Origin: an uncultured Candidatus Saccharibacteria bacterium
GTDB lineage: Bacteria > Patescibacteriota > Minisyncoccia > Phycocordibacterales > XYD1-FULL-46-19
Assembly: GCA_964639285.1 (NCBI GenBank)
Contig: CAZXCI010000001.1
Location: forward strand, 219,757 to 283,756
Length of the DNA: 64,000 nt
Reading direction: 5' to 3'
Position 1 is the first letter of the stretch. The number at the start of each line of letters is the position of its first letter. The notes beneath the pieces are model-generated. The model was not told where the DNA came from and searched no databases. It saw only the letters and a list, made by a program, of their open reading frames with translations. Below are positions 45,756-55,048 of this stretch, in pieces. Both the position numbers and the translations under genes were made by a program.

Positions 45756-46733
45756 TTAGTGTCTAGCCATTGCCAAAGTGACAATGTGGTCAAGGAATTG
45801 ATCATAAGGAATCCCCGCCGCCAACAGGGACTTAGGAATCAACGATTCTTCGGTTAGACCCGGCAAAGTGTTAACCTCAAGAGCATAGATTCCTCGGGGC
45901 GAGAGAATGAAGTCAGAACGGGAATAATGCCTCAAACCGAGAACTTTGTGGATTTCTCGCGATAATCTCTCCAACTCCGCCTTTTCCTCTCGACTAAAGC
46001 GTCCTGGGCAAATCTCTGAAGTGATACCAGTATACTTGGACTCATAGTCAAAAAGCTTTTTATTGCTTGGAGTAACTATCTCAATCGGCAAAAGTAGGTA
46101 ATGATCTTGACCTCGAAGACCATCGACAACTCCGCAAGTCGCTTCTTTACCCTTAATATACTCTTCGACCAAGATCGAATCACTGAATTTAAAACAAGCT
46201 TCTATTGACTGAACAAGCTCTGGGTAAGTGCGGGCCAGGTAGAGACCAACCGAAGAACCACTCCCCACCGGCTTGATAATCCACGGAGGAGAAATTCGCT
46301 GGAAGGCGTCGTAAGCGATGGCTTCGACTTCAGTTTGATAATCTCTCTTCAAGACGACGCCACTAGGGACCTTAATCCCCGCTTTTTTAAAAATTTCTTT
46401 GGCCCGAACTTTATCCATCCCAAGGGCTGAAGCTACCGTTCCCGAGCCAGTATAAGGAGTATTAAGGGCATCGAGAATTTGCTGAACTTGTCCATCCTCG
46501 CCAAACTCGCCGTGCAAGGCGTTGAAGATAACGTCAACACTACGCACCGCTCTTTCTGGGGATGTTGGCAGACCATTCACATGCCAAGCTCCATCACGAG
46601 ATAAGAGCATATCTATTGGCTGATACTTGTCAGCTGGCAAATTCTTAAGAACACTGGCGCCAGTCTTAAGCGACACTTCGTATTCGTGCCCGATTCCACC
46701 ACGCAAAATTCCAACTTTGATTGGGACTCCCAT
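45756..46733 (-). CDS. ddl: D-alanine--D-alanine ligase
   Basis: HGEFGEDGQVQ...YTGSGTVASALGMDK, ATP-grasp fold. Confidence 0.85.
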   Translation of the reverse strand: MGVPIKVGILRGGIGHEYEVSLKTGASVLKNLPADKYQPIDMLLSRDGAWHVNGLPTSPERAVRSVDVIFNALHGEFGEDGQVQQILDALNTPYTGSGTVASALGMDKVRAKEIFKKAGIKVPSGVVLKRDYQTEVEAIAYDAFQRISPPWIIKPVGSGSSVGLYLARTYPELVQSIEACFKFSDSILVEEYIKGKEATCGVVDGLRGQDHYLLLPIEIVTPSNKKLFDYESKYTGITSEICPGRFSREEKAELERLSREIHKVLGLRHYSRSDFILSPRGIYALEVNTLPGLTEESLIPKSLLAAGIPYDQFLDHIVTLAMARH

Positions 46734-47114
46734 TTATTTTAAAACCTCTTTAATCTTTAAGACGACATCATCGAGAGTAAAATTAGCCTTCACTAAGAAA
46801 TCGATCGCTCCAAGGTTGTGAGCTTTCTCAATGTCCTCCTTCTGGCCAAGGTTAGAAAAGACTATGACCGGGATATCTTTGGTCTTCTCATCAGCCTTGA
46901 TTTTCTTAAGGACTTCGAAACCATCAATACCCGGGAGAAGAAGGTCAAGAAAGATTAGGTTCGGCATTTCTTTTGGAATAAGATCGATCGCATTCTGGCC
47001 ATCAACAGCGACAACAACCTTAAAACCTTCTGTCTCTAGGCGTTTGGCATTGAGCGATCGAAGGAATTCGTCGTCTTCAACGATTAGAACTTTTTTGACA
47101 TCAGCGTTTTCCAT
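46734..47114 (-). CDS. Single-domain response regulator (CheY-like receiver)
   Basis: KVLIVEDDEFL...LDLLLPGIDG...KA. Confidence 0.8.
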   Translation of the reverse strand: MENADVKKVLIVEDDEFLRSLNAKRLETEGFKVVVAVDGQNAIDLIPKEMPNLIFLDLLLPGIDGFEVLKKIKADEKTKDIPVIVFSNLGQKEDIEKAHNLGAIDFLVKANFTLDDVVLKIKEVLK

Positions 47115-47145
47115 ATTTTTATTATTAAATGATTAATTAACCAAA

Positions 47146-48216
47146 TTATACTTTTTTCTGATGTAAAGGTAAAGAGAAGGAAAAAGAGGTTCCTTGATTG
47201 CCCACTGACAAATCTCCACTAGAGCGATTCTCAAACCAGATAGCTCCATGGTGCTTCTCGATGATATCTCGGGCAATGAAGAGGCCCAGGCCAGAGCCAT
47301 CGGGCTCGCTTTTTATCGCATTAGACGCTCTAAAGAATTTTTGGAAGACTTTCTCAGACTCACTCGACGGAATACCGATCCCCGAATCAGTGACAATCAC
47401 TTCAAGAGCCCCCTCGGCACTATTTACTCGCTCATCAGAGATCCTAATCGTGACTTTGCCTCCCTCCGGTGTATATTTAATGGCGTTATCGATAAGGTTC
47501 TCGATGACCATCCGAATTTTATCATCATCTATTTCTACTTTGGGAATAGTATTTTGGGGTCGGAGAAAGAGGAAATTAATCTTCTTTAATGCCGCTTGAC
47601 TAGTAAATTCAAAAATGACATTAGAAATAAGCTTAACTAAGTCAGTTGGCTGGAAGTGATAATCAACCCGCTCGGCATCCATTGAGTCCACTTTGAGCAA
47701 ATCATTGACAATAGAGATTACTCGCTCAGTACTAACCAAACCTTGGAGTAGGTATTTCTTCTGTTCATCTGTCACGGCACCAAGTTGGCCCTTCGCCGCC
47801 ATATCAAGAGTCCACTTAACTGCCGCCAGTGGTGTTCTCAATTGATGAGTCGTTACAGAAATAAATTTTGATTTCGCTTCTTCTAGAGATTGGAGTTTCC
47901 TATTAGCTAAAGTTAGGCCCAATTCTTTAGAATAGAGTTCGCGGTTTTTCTCTTCGAGCTCATTGTTGACCTTCTCTAATTCCTTAATCTGCTGAGTCTT
48001 AAGATTTGCTTCATTAATGAGAATCTTGAGGCGACTTTCTTTGCTTTGAGAAAAACGTCCCAGATAAAAAACCAGTAAGCCAAAAATAATTAGCAAAATC
48101 CAAAAAGCTGGAATAGAGACAAAAGAGAAATCTAATAAAGATTCTACCACCCTTATATTATAGCAACCGCCCGCGTAATTTTCTATGGTAAAACAGTGCA
48201 AAACGGTGAGCTTCAC
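47146..48216 (-). CDS. Sensor histidine kinase (GTG start; overlaps the 3' end of uvrC)
   Basis: H-box HQLRTPLAAVK, HATPase_c motifs (N and G boxes), N-terminal transmembrane helix. Confidence 0.75.
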   Translation of the reverse strand: MKLTVLHCFTIENYAGGCYNIRVVESLLDFSFVSIPAFWILLIIFGLLVFYLGRFSQSKESRLKILINEANLKTQQIKELEKVNNELEEKNRELYSKELGLTLANRKLQSLEEAKSKFISVTTHQLRTPLAAVKWTLDMAAKGQLGAVTDEQKKYLLQGLVSTERVISIVNDLLKVDSMDAERVDYHFQPTDLVKLISNVIFEFTSQAALKKINFLFLRPQNTIPKVEIDDDKIRMVIENLIDNAIKYTPEGGKVTIRISDERVNSAEGALEVIVTDSGIGIPSSESEKVFQKFFRASNAIKSEPDGSGLGLFIARDIIEKHHGAIWFENRSSGDLSVGNQGTSFSFSLPLHQKKV

Positions 48217-49528
48217 TATTGGCCAGAATTATGGCTTTGCGATAATCGCGAATAATCGCCGAGTCACCGATTAATTTCCCCACTTTATGTCTGTCGTTTT
48301 TAGTCACGGCAATGATCTGTGCTCTGTTTAGCGCCGTGCGATTTCTCACAACAGAATCGGCCACATTAACTTGCACCTGATTCCCATCAACCACAATAAC
48401 ATCGGGGTAAGGCCACTCCGTGTGAGCCAAGCGACGTTCGAGAATCTCGCGCAAATTAGCGAGGTCATCAACTTGTTTGGCTTTTGATCCTTTTAGTTTA
48501 AACTTTTTGTATTTACTCTTATCCATTTCGCCGTCTTGCCAGACAACCATCGCCCCCGCAGTATTCGTTCCCGAGAGATGGGCAATGTCATAGGCTTCAA
48601 TCCGAATTGAATGAGTCATAATTTGCGTCCGAGGTCTCTCCTCTGGTGAGTTCGAGGTGAGTCCTCGGGCCCCTTTGAGCAGCGACACATCTCGAATATG
48701 ATTCAAAGCGAAGATTTGATCACGAACTTGCCCCGCTTTTTCGAACTCTCGCTTCTTTGACAAGTTCTTCATCTCTTTTTCCAAACTCTTCAAAATTTCT
48801 TGTTTTTTACCAGAAAAAAGAAGTTTAATGTTTCGCACAATTTTCCGATAATCCGTCTTAGAAATTTCCCCCGTGCAGACACCGGGACAAAGTCCGATCT
48901 GGCGATTGAAACAAGAACGACACCGGTCGCGAGGAGAGACCTCGGCCTGCCCGCAATGCTTTGTAACGCAAGGCAGGCGGGGCTCACTTGAGGACTCACC
49001 TCCCGATCTGCAGGGCAAGCATTTATCCCGAAACGGGAAAATTTTACGAATAATCTTCAGCGCCTCTTTAATTTCACTCGCATAAGGAAACGGCCCAAAT
49101 TGTGCGAGATTGGATATCGCACAATAAGGATATTTTAGTTCTTGGCCACGGACAAGGAGGACACGGGGGAAGTCTTCGTCAGTAATAATGACATACCAAT
49201 AGCTCTTGTCATCTTTTTCTCGCGAATTATATTTGGGTTGATGCTTCTTAATCAATTCGGTCTCCAACAATAGCGCTTCTAAGACAGAATCTGTCTCCTG
49301 CCACTCTACCTTATCCGCAATCTCAACCATACGCCAAATCTTGGGTCCTCTCTTCGCCACGCCGGAGCCTTCGGCGAAGGCTGGGCCAATATCACCAACA
49401 AAATAACTCCGCACTCGATCCTTGAGCGAAGTCGCTTTGCCGACGTAGAGGAGACTTTTCCCCCGTTTGAAGAAATAAACCCCTGGCTTATCTGGCAATT
49501 TATATTTTTTTACATCTTGACTATTCAT
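48158..49528 (-). CDS. uvrC: Excinuclease ABC subunit C, short form lacking the C-terminal (HhH)2 domain and carrying in-frame repeat insertions
   Basis: GIY-YIG motif VYFFKRGKSLLYVGKATSLKDRVRSYF and a C-terminal endonuclease-like domain. Confidence 0.8.
   Translation of the reverse strand: MNSQDVKKYKLPDKPGVYFFKRGKSLLYVGKATSLKDRVRSYFVGDIGPAFAEGSGVAKRGPKIWRMVEIADKVEWQETDSVLEALLLETELIKKHQPKYNSREKDDKSYWYVIITDEDFPRVLLVRGQELKYPYCAISNLAQFGPFPYASEIKEALKIIRKIFPFRDKCLPCRSGGESSSEPRLPCVTKHCGQAEVSPRDRCRSCFNRQIGLCPGVCTGEISKTDYRKIVRNIKLLFSGKKQEILKSLEKEMKNLSKKREFEKAGQVRDQIFALNHIRDVSLLKGARGLTSNSPEERPRTQIMTHSIRIEAYDIAHLSGTNTAGAMVVWQDGEMDKSKYKKFKLKGSKAKQVDDLANLREILERRLAHTEWPYPDVIVVDGNQVQVNVADSVVRNRTALNRAQIIAVTKNDRHKVGKLIGDSAIIRDYRKAIILANSEAHRFALFYHRKLRGRLL
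48931..49003. repeat. Composite GC-rich mini-element inside uvrC: a 36-nt cctgcc...ggcagg element nested within a copy of the 42-nt element also present in mnmA
   Basis: ggctcacttgaggactcacctc is shared with 25321-25342; the 36-nt insert is in-frame (translated RLPCVTKHCGQA). Confidence 0.65.
49101..49138. repeat. REP unit (tgtgcga-gattggata-tcgcaca plus tail ataaggatattttag) inside uvrC, translated in-frame
   Basis: Same unit as the RAYT-flanking REP at 14051-14088, with the loop inverted. Confidence 0.7.
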
Positions 49529-49549
49529 GTTTTATCGTCAAAAAATTTT

Positions 49550-52177
49550 TTATTTTTTTCTCAACGCCCTTTTGAGATACTTCGCCGTGAAAGAGCCCGG
49601 GGCGTAGGCCACTTCCTCAGGTGTCCCTTTGGCCACCAAGTCACCGCCCCCAAGACCGCCATCCGGACCCATGTCAATAATATAATCAGCACATTTGATC
49701 ACCTCCATATTGTGCTCGATCACCACCACGGTATTCCCCTTCTCTACTAATTTCTGCAAAATATTATTCAAATTTTTCACATCTTCATAGTGCAGACCAA
49801 TCGTCGGTTCATCGAGAATATAAATTGTTCGCTCGGTATGCGGACGATAAAGTTCGGAAGAGATCTTCACCCGTTGCGCTTCACCGCCCGACAAGTCGGT
49901 CGCTGATTGACCAAGTTCGAGATAACCCAGACCCACATCATTAAGAGTTTTGAGTCGATCATAAATGGCTGGGATATCGTTGAAGAACCCTAAAGCTTCT
50001 TCAATCGTCATATGGAGAATCTGACTAATATTTTCCTTTTTATATTGTACCTCGAGCGTATCTTTCTCATAACGAGTGCCTAAACATAAGTCACAAGGAA
50101 CATAGATGGTTGGCAGGAAATGCATCTCTACCGCCACTTCGCCATTACCCCGACAAGCCTCACAACGCCCGCCCTGCACGTTGAAGGAAAAGCGCGAAGC
50201 CTTCCATCCTCTGGCTCGAGCGAGAGCTGTCTCAGCCAAGAGTTCACGAATGAAGGTGAACGCGCCGGTATAAGTGGCTGGATTCGAGCGTGGCGTTCGA
50301 CCAATCGGTGATTGATCAATCATCACGACGCGACTAAGATATTCGCTCCCTGAGAATTCTCGGCAATTAAATAATTCATTTGTGCGATAACGTCGCTCCA
50401 GTCGCGCCTGCAAATTTTTAAACAAAATTTCGTAAACCAAAGATGATTTACCCGAACCTGATACCCCCGTGATCGCCACAAGTTTCCCTAGAGGAATATC
50501 AACATTAAGATTTTTAATATTGAAGATTTGGCCTCCCCGAATTTTGATTGTCCCCTTATCTTTGCTCCGGCGATTCTCGGGGACGGGGATTTCTTTGTCC
50601 CCGCGCAAATAATCAACAGTTAGAGAATTATGATCATTTTTCTTCGAAGTCAGGAGTTTGTCTGTCTCACCCGCCACCACAATTTCTCCACCATGAACAC
50701 CGGCTCCCGGCCCAATATCCACAAGATAGTCGGAGGCAAAAATTGTGTCTTCGTCATGTTCAACGACGACAATAGAATTACCAAGATCGCGCAATTCGAG
50801 CAAGGTTTTTATCAAGCGATCATTGTCACGGGCATGCAAACCAATTGTCGGCTCATCGAGTACATAGAGAGTCCCCACCAAGCGTGAACCAAGCTGAGAC
50901 GCCAAACGTATACGTTGAGCTTCACCACCAGAGAGAGTGTCCGCCCGACGATTAAGAGCAATATAATCCAAACCAACATCATTTAAGAACTTCAGGCGAG
51001 CGCCAATCTCTTTAGTCAGAACTTCAGAAATCGCTTTATCCTTAGGTGATAATTTAAGAGTGTCAAAAAATTTCTTAGCTTCGCCAATGGATAAAGCGAC
51101 GAGGTCGACAATATTTTCATTAAAAATTTTCACTTCGAGGGCTTCGGGGCGAAGCCTGGCCCCCAAACAAGTCTCACAGACTTCGTTACCCCACATATGC
51201 TTGGTTCCCAAACCATGACAAGCGGGACAAGCCCCATAAGGAGAATTGAAGGAGAAGAGGCGAGGCTCAATCTCGGGGAAAGAGAAACCGTCATGGGGGC
51301 AAGCAAATTTTGACGACAAGAGGGAAGTCTCCCCTCCGATGATAATCTTAATTAAACCGTCAGATTCTTTGAGCGCTCGCTCCACCCCCTCGGTTAAGCG
51401 TTCGTTAGCTGAGTCAAATTTAGCAATGGCAACAATCTTGCTAAGTTCGCCCCGCGTAGCTTTAGCGGAGTGGGGCTTCGCGATAAAATCGGACAAGTTT
51501 ATCTCATCCACTACTACATCAATATCGTGTTTCTTGGTTTTAGTGAGAATTATTCTTTCGCGTAATTTATATTTTTTATTATCAATCAAAACTTCTGAAT
51601 AACCCTTCTCAATCAGATCATAGAGAAGTTGATAATATTCACCTTTTCTCCCTTTCACTACCGGCGCCAGCAATGTGACTGAGGTAAAGGCAGAGAGAGA
51701 TCGTTTTTCGCGTAGCAAAATGGGGTCTCGCGGAGCTTCTTCTATTTTATTTTTTACAAAATTCACAATCTCCTCATGTGAAAGTTTTTCGATCCGTGTT
51801 CCACAGACAGGGCAATAGGGCTGACCAATTCGAGCATATAGCACCCGTAGATAATCATAAATCTCGGTAATAGTAGCAACAGTTGAACGTGGATTATGTG
51901 ATCGTGACTTCTGATCAATGGAGATGGCGGGCGAGAGACCGGTAATCTCATCGACGTCAGGCTTAGGTAATTGCTTCAAAAATTGACGAGCGTAAGCTGA
52001 GAGCGATTCCACATAACGACGTTGGCCCTCGGCAAAAATTGTGTCAAAAGCGAGGCTAGACTTGCCCGAACCCGAAAGACCAGTAAAAACCACCAACTTA
52101 TTGCGTGGTATTTCTAAACTCACATTCTTGAGATTATGAGTCCGAGCCCCCTTAATTTTGATTTTTTGTTCTTCCAC
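49550..52177 (-). CDS. uvrA: Excinuclease ABC subunit A (GTG start)
   Basis: [10 protein letters not shown]...[23 protein letters not shown]; two ABC ATPase modules. Confidence 0.9.
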   Translation of the reverse strand: MEEQKIKIKGARTHNLKNVSLEIPRNKLVVFTGLSGSGKSSLAFDTIFAEGQRRYVESLSAYARQFLKQLPKPDVDEITGLSPAISIDQKSRSHNPRSTVATITEIYDYLRVLYARIGQPYCPVCGTRIEKLSHEEIVNFVKNKIEEAPRDPILLREKRSLSAFTSVTLLAPVVKGRKGEYYQLLYDLIEKGYSEVLIDNKKYKLRERIILTKTKKHDIDVVVDEINLSDFIAKPHSAKATRGELSKIVAIAKFDSANERLTEGVERALKESDGLIKIIIGGETSLLSSKFACPHDGFSFPEIEPRLFSFNSPYGACPACHGLGTKHMWGNEVCETCLGARLRPEALEVKIFNENIVDLVALSIGEAKKFFDTLKLSPKDKAISEVLTKEIGARLKFLNDVGLDYIALNRRADTLSGGEAQRIRLASQLGSRLVGTLYVLDEPTIGLHARDNDRLIKTLLELRDLGNSIVVVEHDEDTIFASDYLVDIGPGAGVHGGEIVVAGETDKLLTSKKNDHNSLTVDYLRGDKEIPVPENRRSKDKGTIKIRGGQIFNIKNLNVDIPLGKLVAITGVSGSGKSSLVYEILFKNLQARLERRYRTNELFNCREFSGSEYLSRVVMIDQSPIGRTPRSNPATYTGAFTFIRELLAETALARARGWKASRFSFNVQGGRCEACRGNGEVAVEMHFLPTIYVPCDLCLGTRYEKDTLEVQYKKENISQILHMTIEEALGFFNDIPAIYDRLKTLNDVGLGYLELGQSATDLSGGEAQRVKISSELYRPHTERTIYILDEPTIGLHYEDVKNLNNILQKLVEKGNTVVVIEHNMEVIKCADYIIDMGPDGGLGGGDLVAKGTPEEVAYAPGSFTAKYLKRALRKK

Positions 52178-52264
52178 CCCGTTAGAAATAGATCGCGATC
52201 TATGAATAAATAATAATCTCTTTAGACTCTCTCGTTAGCCATCGCGGTTTCTAACGGGATTCAT
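52178..52264 (-). repeat. Inverted-repeat leader element, copy B; abuts the uvrA start codon
   Basis: CCCGTTAGAAATAGATCGCGATC...CGCGGTTTCTAACGGGATTCAT. Confidence 0.7.
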
Positions 52265-52334
52265 AATCGAAATCCCCTCTGGTTTTCCCATAGGGTGATA
52301 GAGCGATTATAACATACGAGTCAAACTTTGGGAA

Positions 52335-54113
52335 TTAAGCAATAAATCCTCCTGCTTGGAGTTGCCAGAGCTTGGCATAGATGCCACCAATTTGTTTAGA
52401 AAGATCGCTGTGAGTTCCCTCTTCGACAATCTTACCTTTTTCAATCACGATTATTCGATCCGCATGACGAATAGTAGACAAACGATGAGCAATAACCAAA
52501 ACCGTCTTCCCCCTCATCAGTTCATTAAGTGCTTCTTGAATCAAGTGTTCAGATTCTGAATCAAGACTAGAGGTCGCTTCGTCAAGAACTAAAATCGGTG
52601 CATTACGCAAAATGGCACGAGCAATCGCCACCCGCTGACGCTCTCCACCCGAGAGCTTGATTCCCCGTTCACCGACAAAAGTGTCATAACCTTTTTCTTG
52701 TTTAATAATAAAATCATGACAGCGAGCTTTTTGAGCCGCTTCCATCACTTGCTCATCCGTAGCCTCAGGCCGACCATAACGAATATTCTCCTTGAGCGTT
52801 CGGTGGAATAGGATAGGGTCTTGAGGAACGAGACTAATATTACGCCAGAGACTTTCTTGAGTCACTTTGGTGATATCTTGATTATCAATCGTAATTTGCC
52901 CAGAAGAGAGATCGTGCATGCGCAAAATTAATTTGATGATCGTTGTTTTGCCCGCCCCAGACGAACCAATAAAAGCCACCTTCTCTCCAGACTTAATATT
53001 GAGACTAAGATTATCAAGAACTGTTCGTCCCTGCCGGCCATATTTGAAGACAACATTATTGAAGTTTATTTCCCCCGCTTTAACTTTAAGTTTTTTGGCC
53101 CTAGGGGCGTCCTGGATCTCCGGCGGGGTCATCAATATCTCGGTCATTTCTTCAGCATCAGAGAGAGATTGGAAGATTCGACGCATCACATTACCAAGCC
53201 CCCAAATTTTATAAAAGAGAGTGATGAGATAGGCTTGAATTAACGCAAAGTCACCAATAGTAATGAGACCCTTAACCCATAGCCTCACAGCTAAATAAAT
53301 AATAAAAATTTCTAAGGCTGAAGCTAAGAAATCTTGAGCAGCACCAAAATAATTTTCCAAATCCCAGGTAAAAAGACGAGCCTTCTTGACCTTGTCGGTT
53401 GAACGAGAAAAACTCTCAACCTCATTTTGATAACCAGTAAAAAGTTTGATGTTGGCATTATTGACGATGCCGTCAGCTAAGAGACCTGAATTTTCTGACT
53501 CGGCCTCATTGCGCAAGGCGTCATACCTTAACTTGTAGATAGCAAAAAATCCGTTAACCGTGAGAAAAACGACCATCCAAACAACTAGCGATAAGGCTAG
53601 CCAAATGCTTGTAAAAGCGAGGACTATCACAATAACAATAGCCGAGATAACAAAGGGGATAATATCCCAAACCAAACGATCAGTTAGAGCCTCAAAGGCT
53701 CCAGTGAACCACTTCATCTTTTTGGTCAGAGTGCCAGTAAAATTATTATTGAAAAAAGAAAAAGAGTGTAAATGCAAACGGGCAAAACAAAAATTAGAGA
53801 GACCAGCCATAGTCCCAGATTCAAAGCGGGCGAGAACCTGATTAGCTAGACGTAAGGCCAGCCATTGGACGAAATAAAGAAGGGCCACCCACCAGACAAT
53901 TGCCAGCAAAGAGGTTAAAAGCTCAGCCCGAGTCGAGAGCAAATCAGAAGAGGCAAGAAGATTAAATAATTTTTTGTAGAAAAGAGGGGCAATCAATCCA
54001 GCCACCATATTAAGCGCTACCGCAAAAATCAACAAAGATATGGCTACTTTATATTTCCTCGCCTCAGCCCAATAAAAACCAAGGGTTTCCTTAATTTTGT
54101 TATTTTTCTTCAT
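52335..54113 (-). CDS. ABC exporter with fused transmembrane and ATP-binding domains (MsbA-like)
   Basis: 6-TM N-terminus, Walker A GSSGAGKTT, LSGGERQR, Walker B LVLDEATS. Confidence 0.85.
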   Translation of the reverse strand: MKKNNKIKETLGFYWAEARKYKVAISLLIFAVALNMVAGLIAPLFYKKLFNLLASSDLLSTRAELLTSLLAIVWWVALLYFVQWLALRLANQVLARFESGTMAGLSNFCFARLHLHSFSFFNNNFTGTLTKKMKWFTGAFEALTDRLVWDIIPFVISAIVIVIVLAFTSIWLALSLVVWMVVFLTVNGFFAIYKLRYDALRNEAESENSGLLADGIVNNANIKLFTGYQNEVESFSRSTDKVKKARLFTWDLENYFGAAQDFLASALEIFIIYLAVRLWVKGLITIGDFALIQAYLITLFYKIWGLGNVMRRIFQSLSDAEEMTEILMTPPEIQDAPRAKKLKVKAGEINFNNVVFKYGRQGRTVLDNLSLNIKSGEKVAFIGSSGAGKTTIIKLILRMHDLSSGQITIDNQDITKVTQESLWRNISLVPQDPILFHRTLKENIRYGRPEATDEQVMEAAQKARCHDFIIKQEKGYDTFVGERGIKLSGGERQRVAIARAILRNAPILVLDEATSSLDSESEHLIQEALNELMRGKTVLVIAHRLSTIRHADRIIVIEKGKIVEEGTHSDLSKQIGGIYAKLWQLQAGGFIA

Positions 54114-54177
54114 AAGACAAAGAAGGCCTTTCGGCTTTTTTCATTATACCACAAAAATATTATTAATAGAAAAAGGC

Positions 54178-54200
54178 CGGCGTTCCTCCACGCCGGCCAT
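54178..54200 (-). terminator. Intrinsic terminator (ggccggcg...cgccggcc) downstream of the small zinc-ribbon gene
   Basis: 8-bp GC stem plus a T5 run on the minus strand. Confidence 0.5.
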
Positions 54201-54223
54201 TAGTATCTGCATCGTCACCGTTG

Positions 54224-54379
54224 CTAGCCAACTTTAATTTTCTTATGTCGACCTTCTTTGTGACGCGTAGCCTTTTTACAATGCTGGCAAAAAGCTTGCC
54301 CTCCCGAGAGCCTCACCGTATGAACCTCTCGACAAACCTCACATGTCGCTCTTACCTTGTCTGCCGCCGGTTTGCACAT
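54224..54379 (-). CDS. Small zinc-ribbon protein (51 aa; CxxC...CxxC), not in the ORF track
   Basis: MCKPAADKVRATCEVCREVHTVRLSGGQAFCQHCKKATRHKEGRHKKIKVG; AAGGAGAGG Shine-Dalgarno sequence; terminator downstream. Confidence 0.4.
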   Translation of the reverse strand: MCKPAADKVRATCEVCREVHTVRLSGGQAFCQHCKKATRHKEGRHKKIKVG

Positions 54380-54482
54380 TCATCCTCTCCTTCTATCTGT
54401 TTTTACCAAAGACACAAAAAAATACGTTGAACAAAACCTCTTACTAGGATAGCAACGCCCAAAGAGCTTGTCAATTTTTAGG

Positions 54483-55034
54483 CTATCTCTTAATAAACTT
54501 AAGCTCGCTGGCTAAACTTTGTTCTTTAAGGATATTTTTTAAGCTAGCTAAAGCTTCAACCAACTCACCGTTGTTGTTAATAACTTTTTCGTCTGGGATA
54601 ACGATGTTTTTTATATCTCTCCCTAAATTCTCAAGGTCTTCTCTTGAATTATGCCTGGGACGTTTAGCCCGTTCAAGAGTCTCTTCTAATTCTAAAAGCT
54701 TTTCTAAATCTCTTTCTACTCTAAACCAGACAGTTTCAACTCCCTTTTCCTGACAGAAAGATCTTAGCCTCTCGACAAATTCTTTATCTCGTAATAATTC
54801 CTCACAGACAAGAGTTGCAATACCCTTGGCTTCGGCTTGAGCCAAATATTCAAGAGTAGCCTCATAAGCTTTAGCTCTAATTTCTGGCCAGGTAAATTGC
54901 CCGGGGAAATCTTTCATGATTTGGGTTTTCAAATAATCAATATGCAAAACTTCAGCCCCAAGATCCGCCGCTAATTTGTTGGCTAATTCTGTTTTCCCCG
55001 AACCTGGGAGACCTCTTATGATTATGAGCTTCAT
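54483..55034 (-). CDS. P-loop NTPase/kinase-like protein
   Basis: Walker A GLPGSGKT. Confidence 0.5.
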   Translation of the reverse strand: MKLIIIRGLPGSGKTELANKLAADLGAEVLHIDYLKTQIMKDFPGQFTWPEIRAKAYEATLEYLAQAEAKGIATLVCEELLRDKEFVERLRSFCQEKGVETVWFRVERDLEKLLELEETLERAKRPRHNSREDLENLGRDIKNIVIPDEKVINNNGELVEALASLKNILKEQSLASELKFIKR

Positions 55035-55048
55035 CTTTCGATTATAAG

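Noticed and set aside
54221-54430. 69-aa plus-strand ORF from the track
   Set aside because: No ribosome-binding site. The opposite strand encodes a zinc-ribbon protein with a Shine-Dalgarno sequence and a terminator
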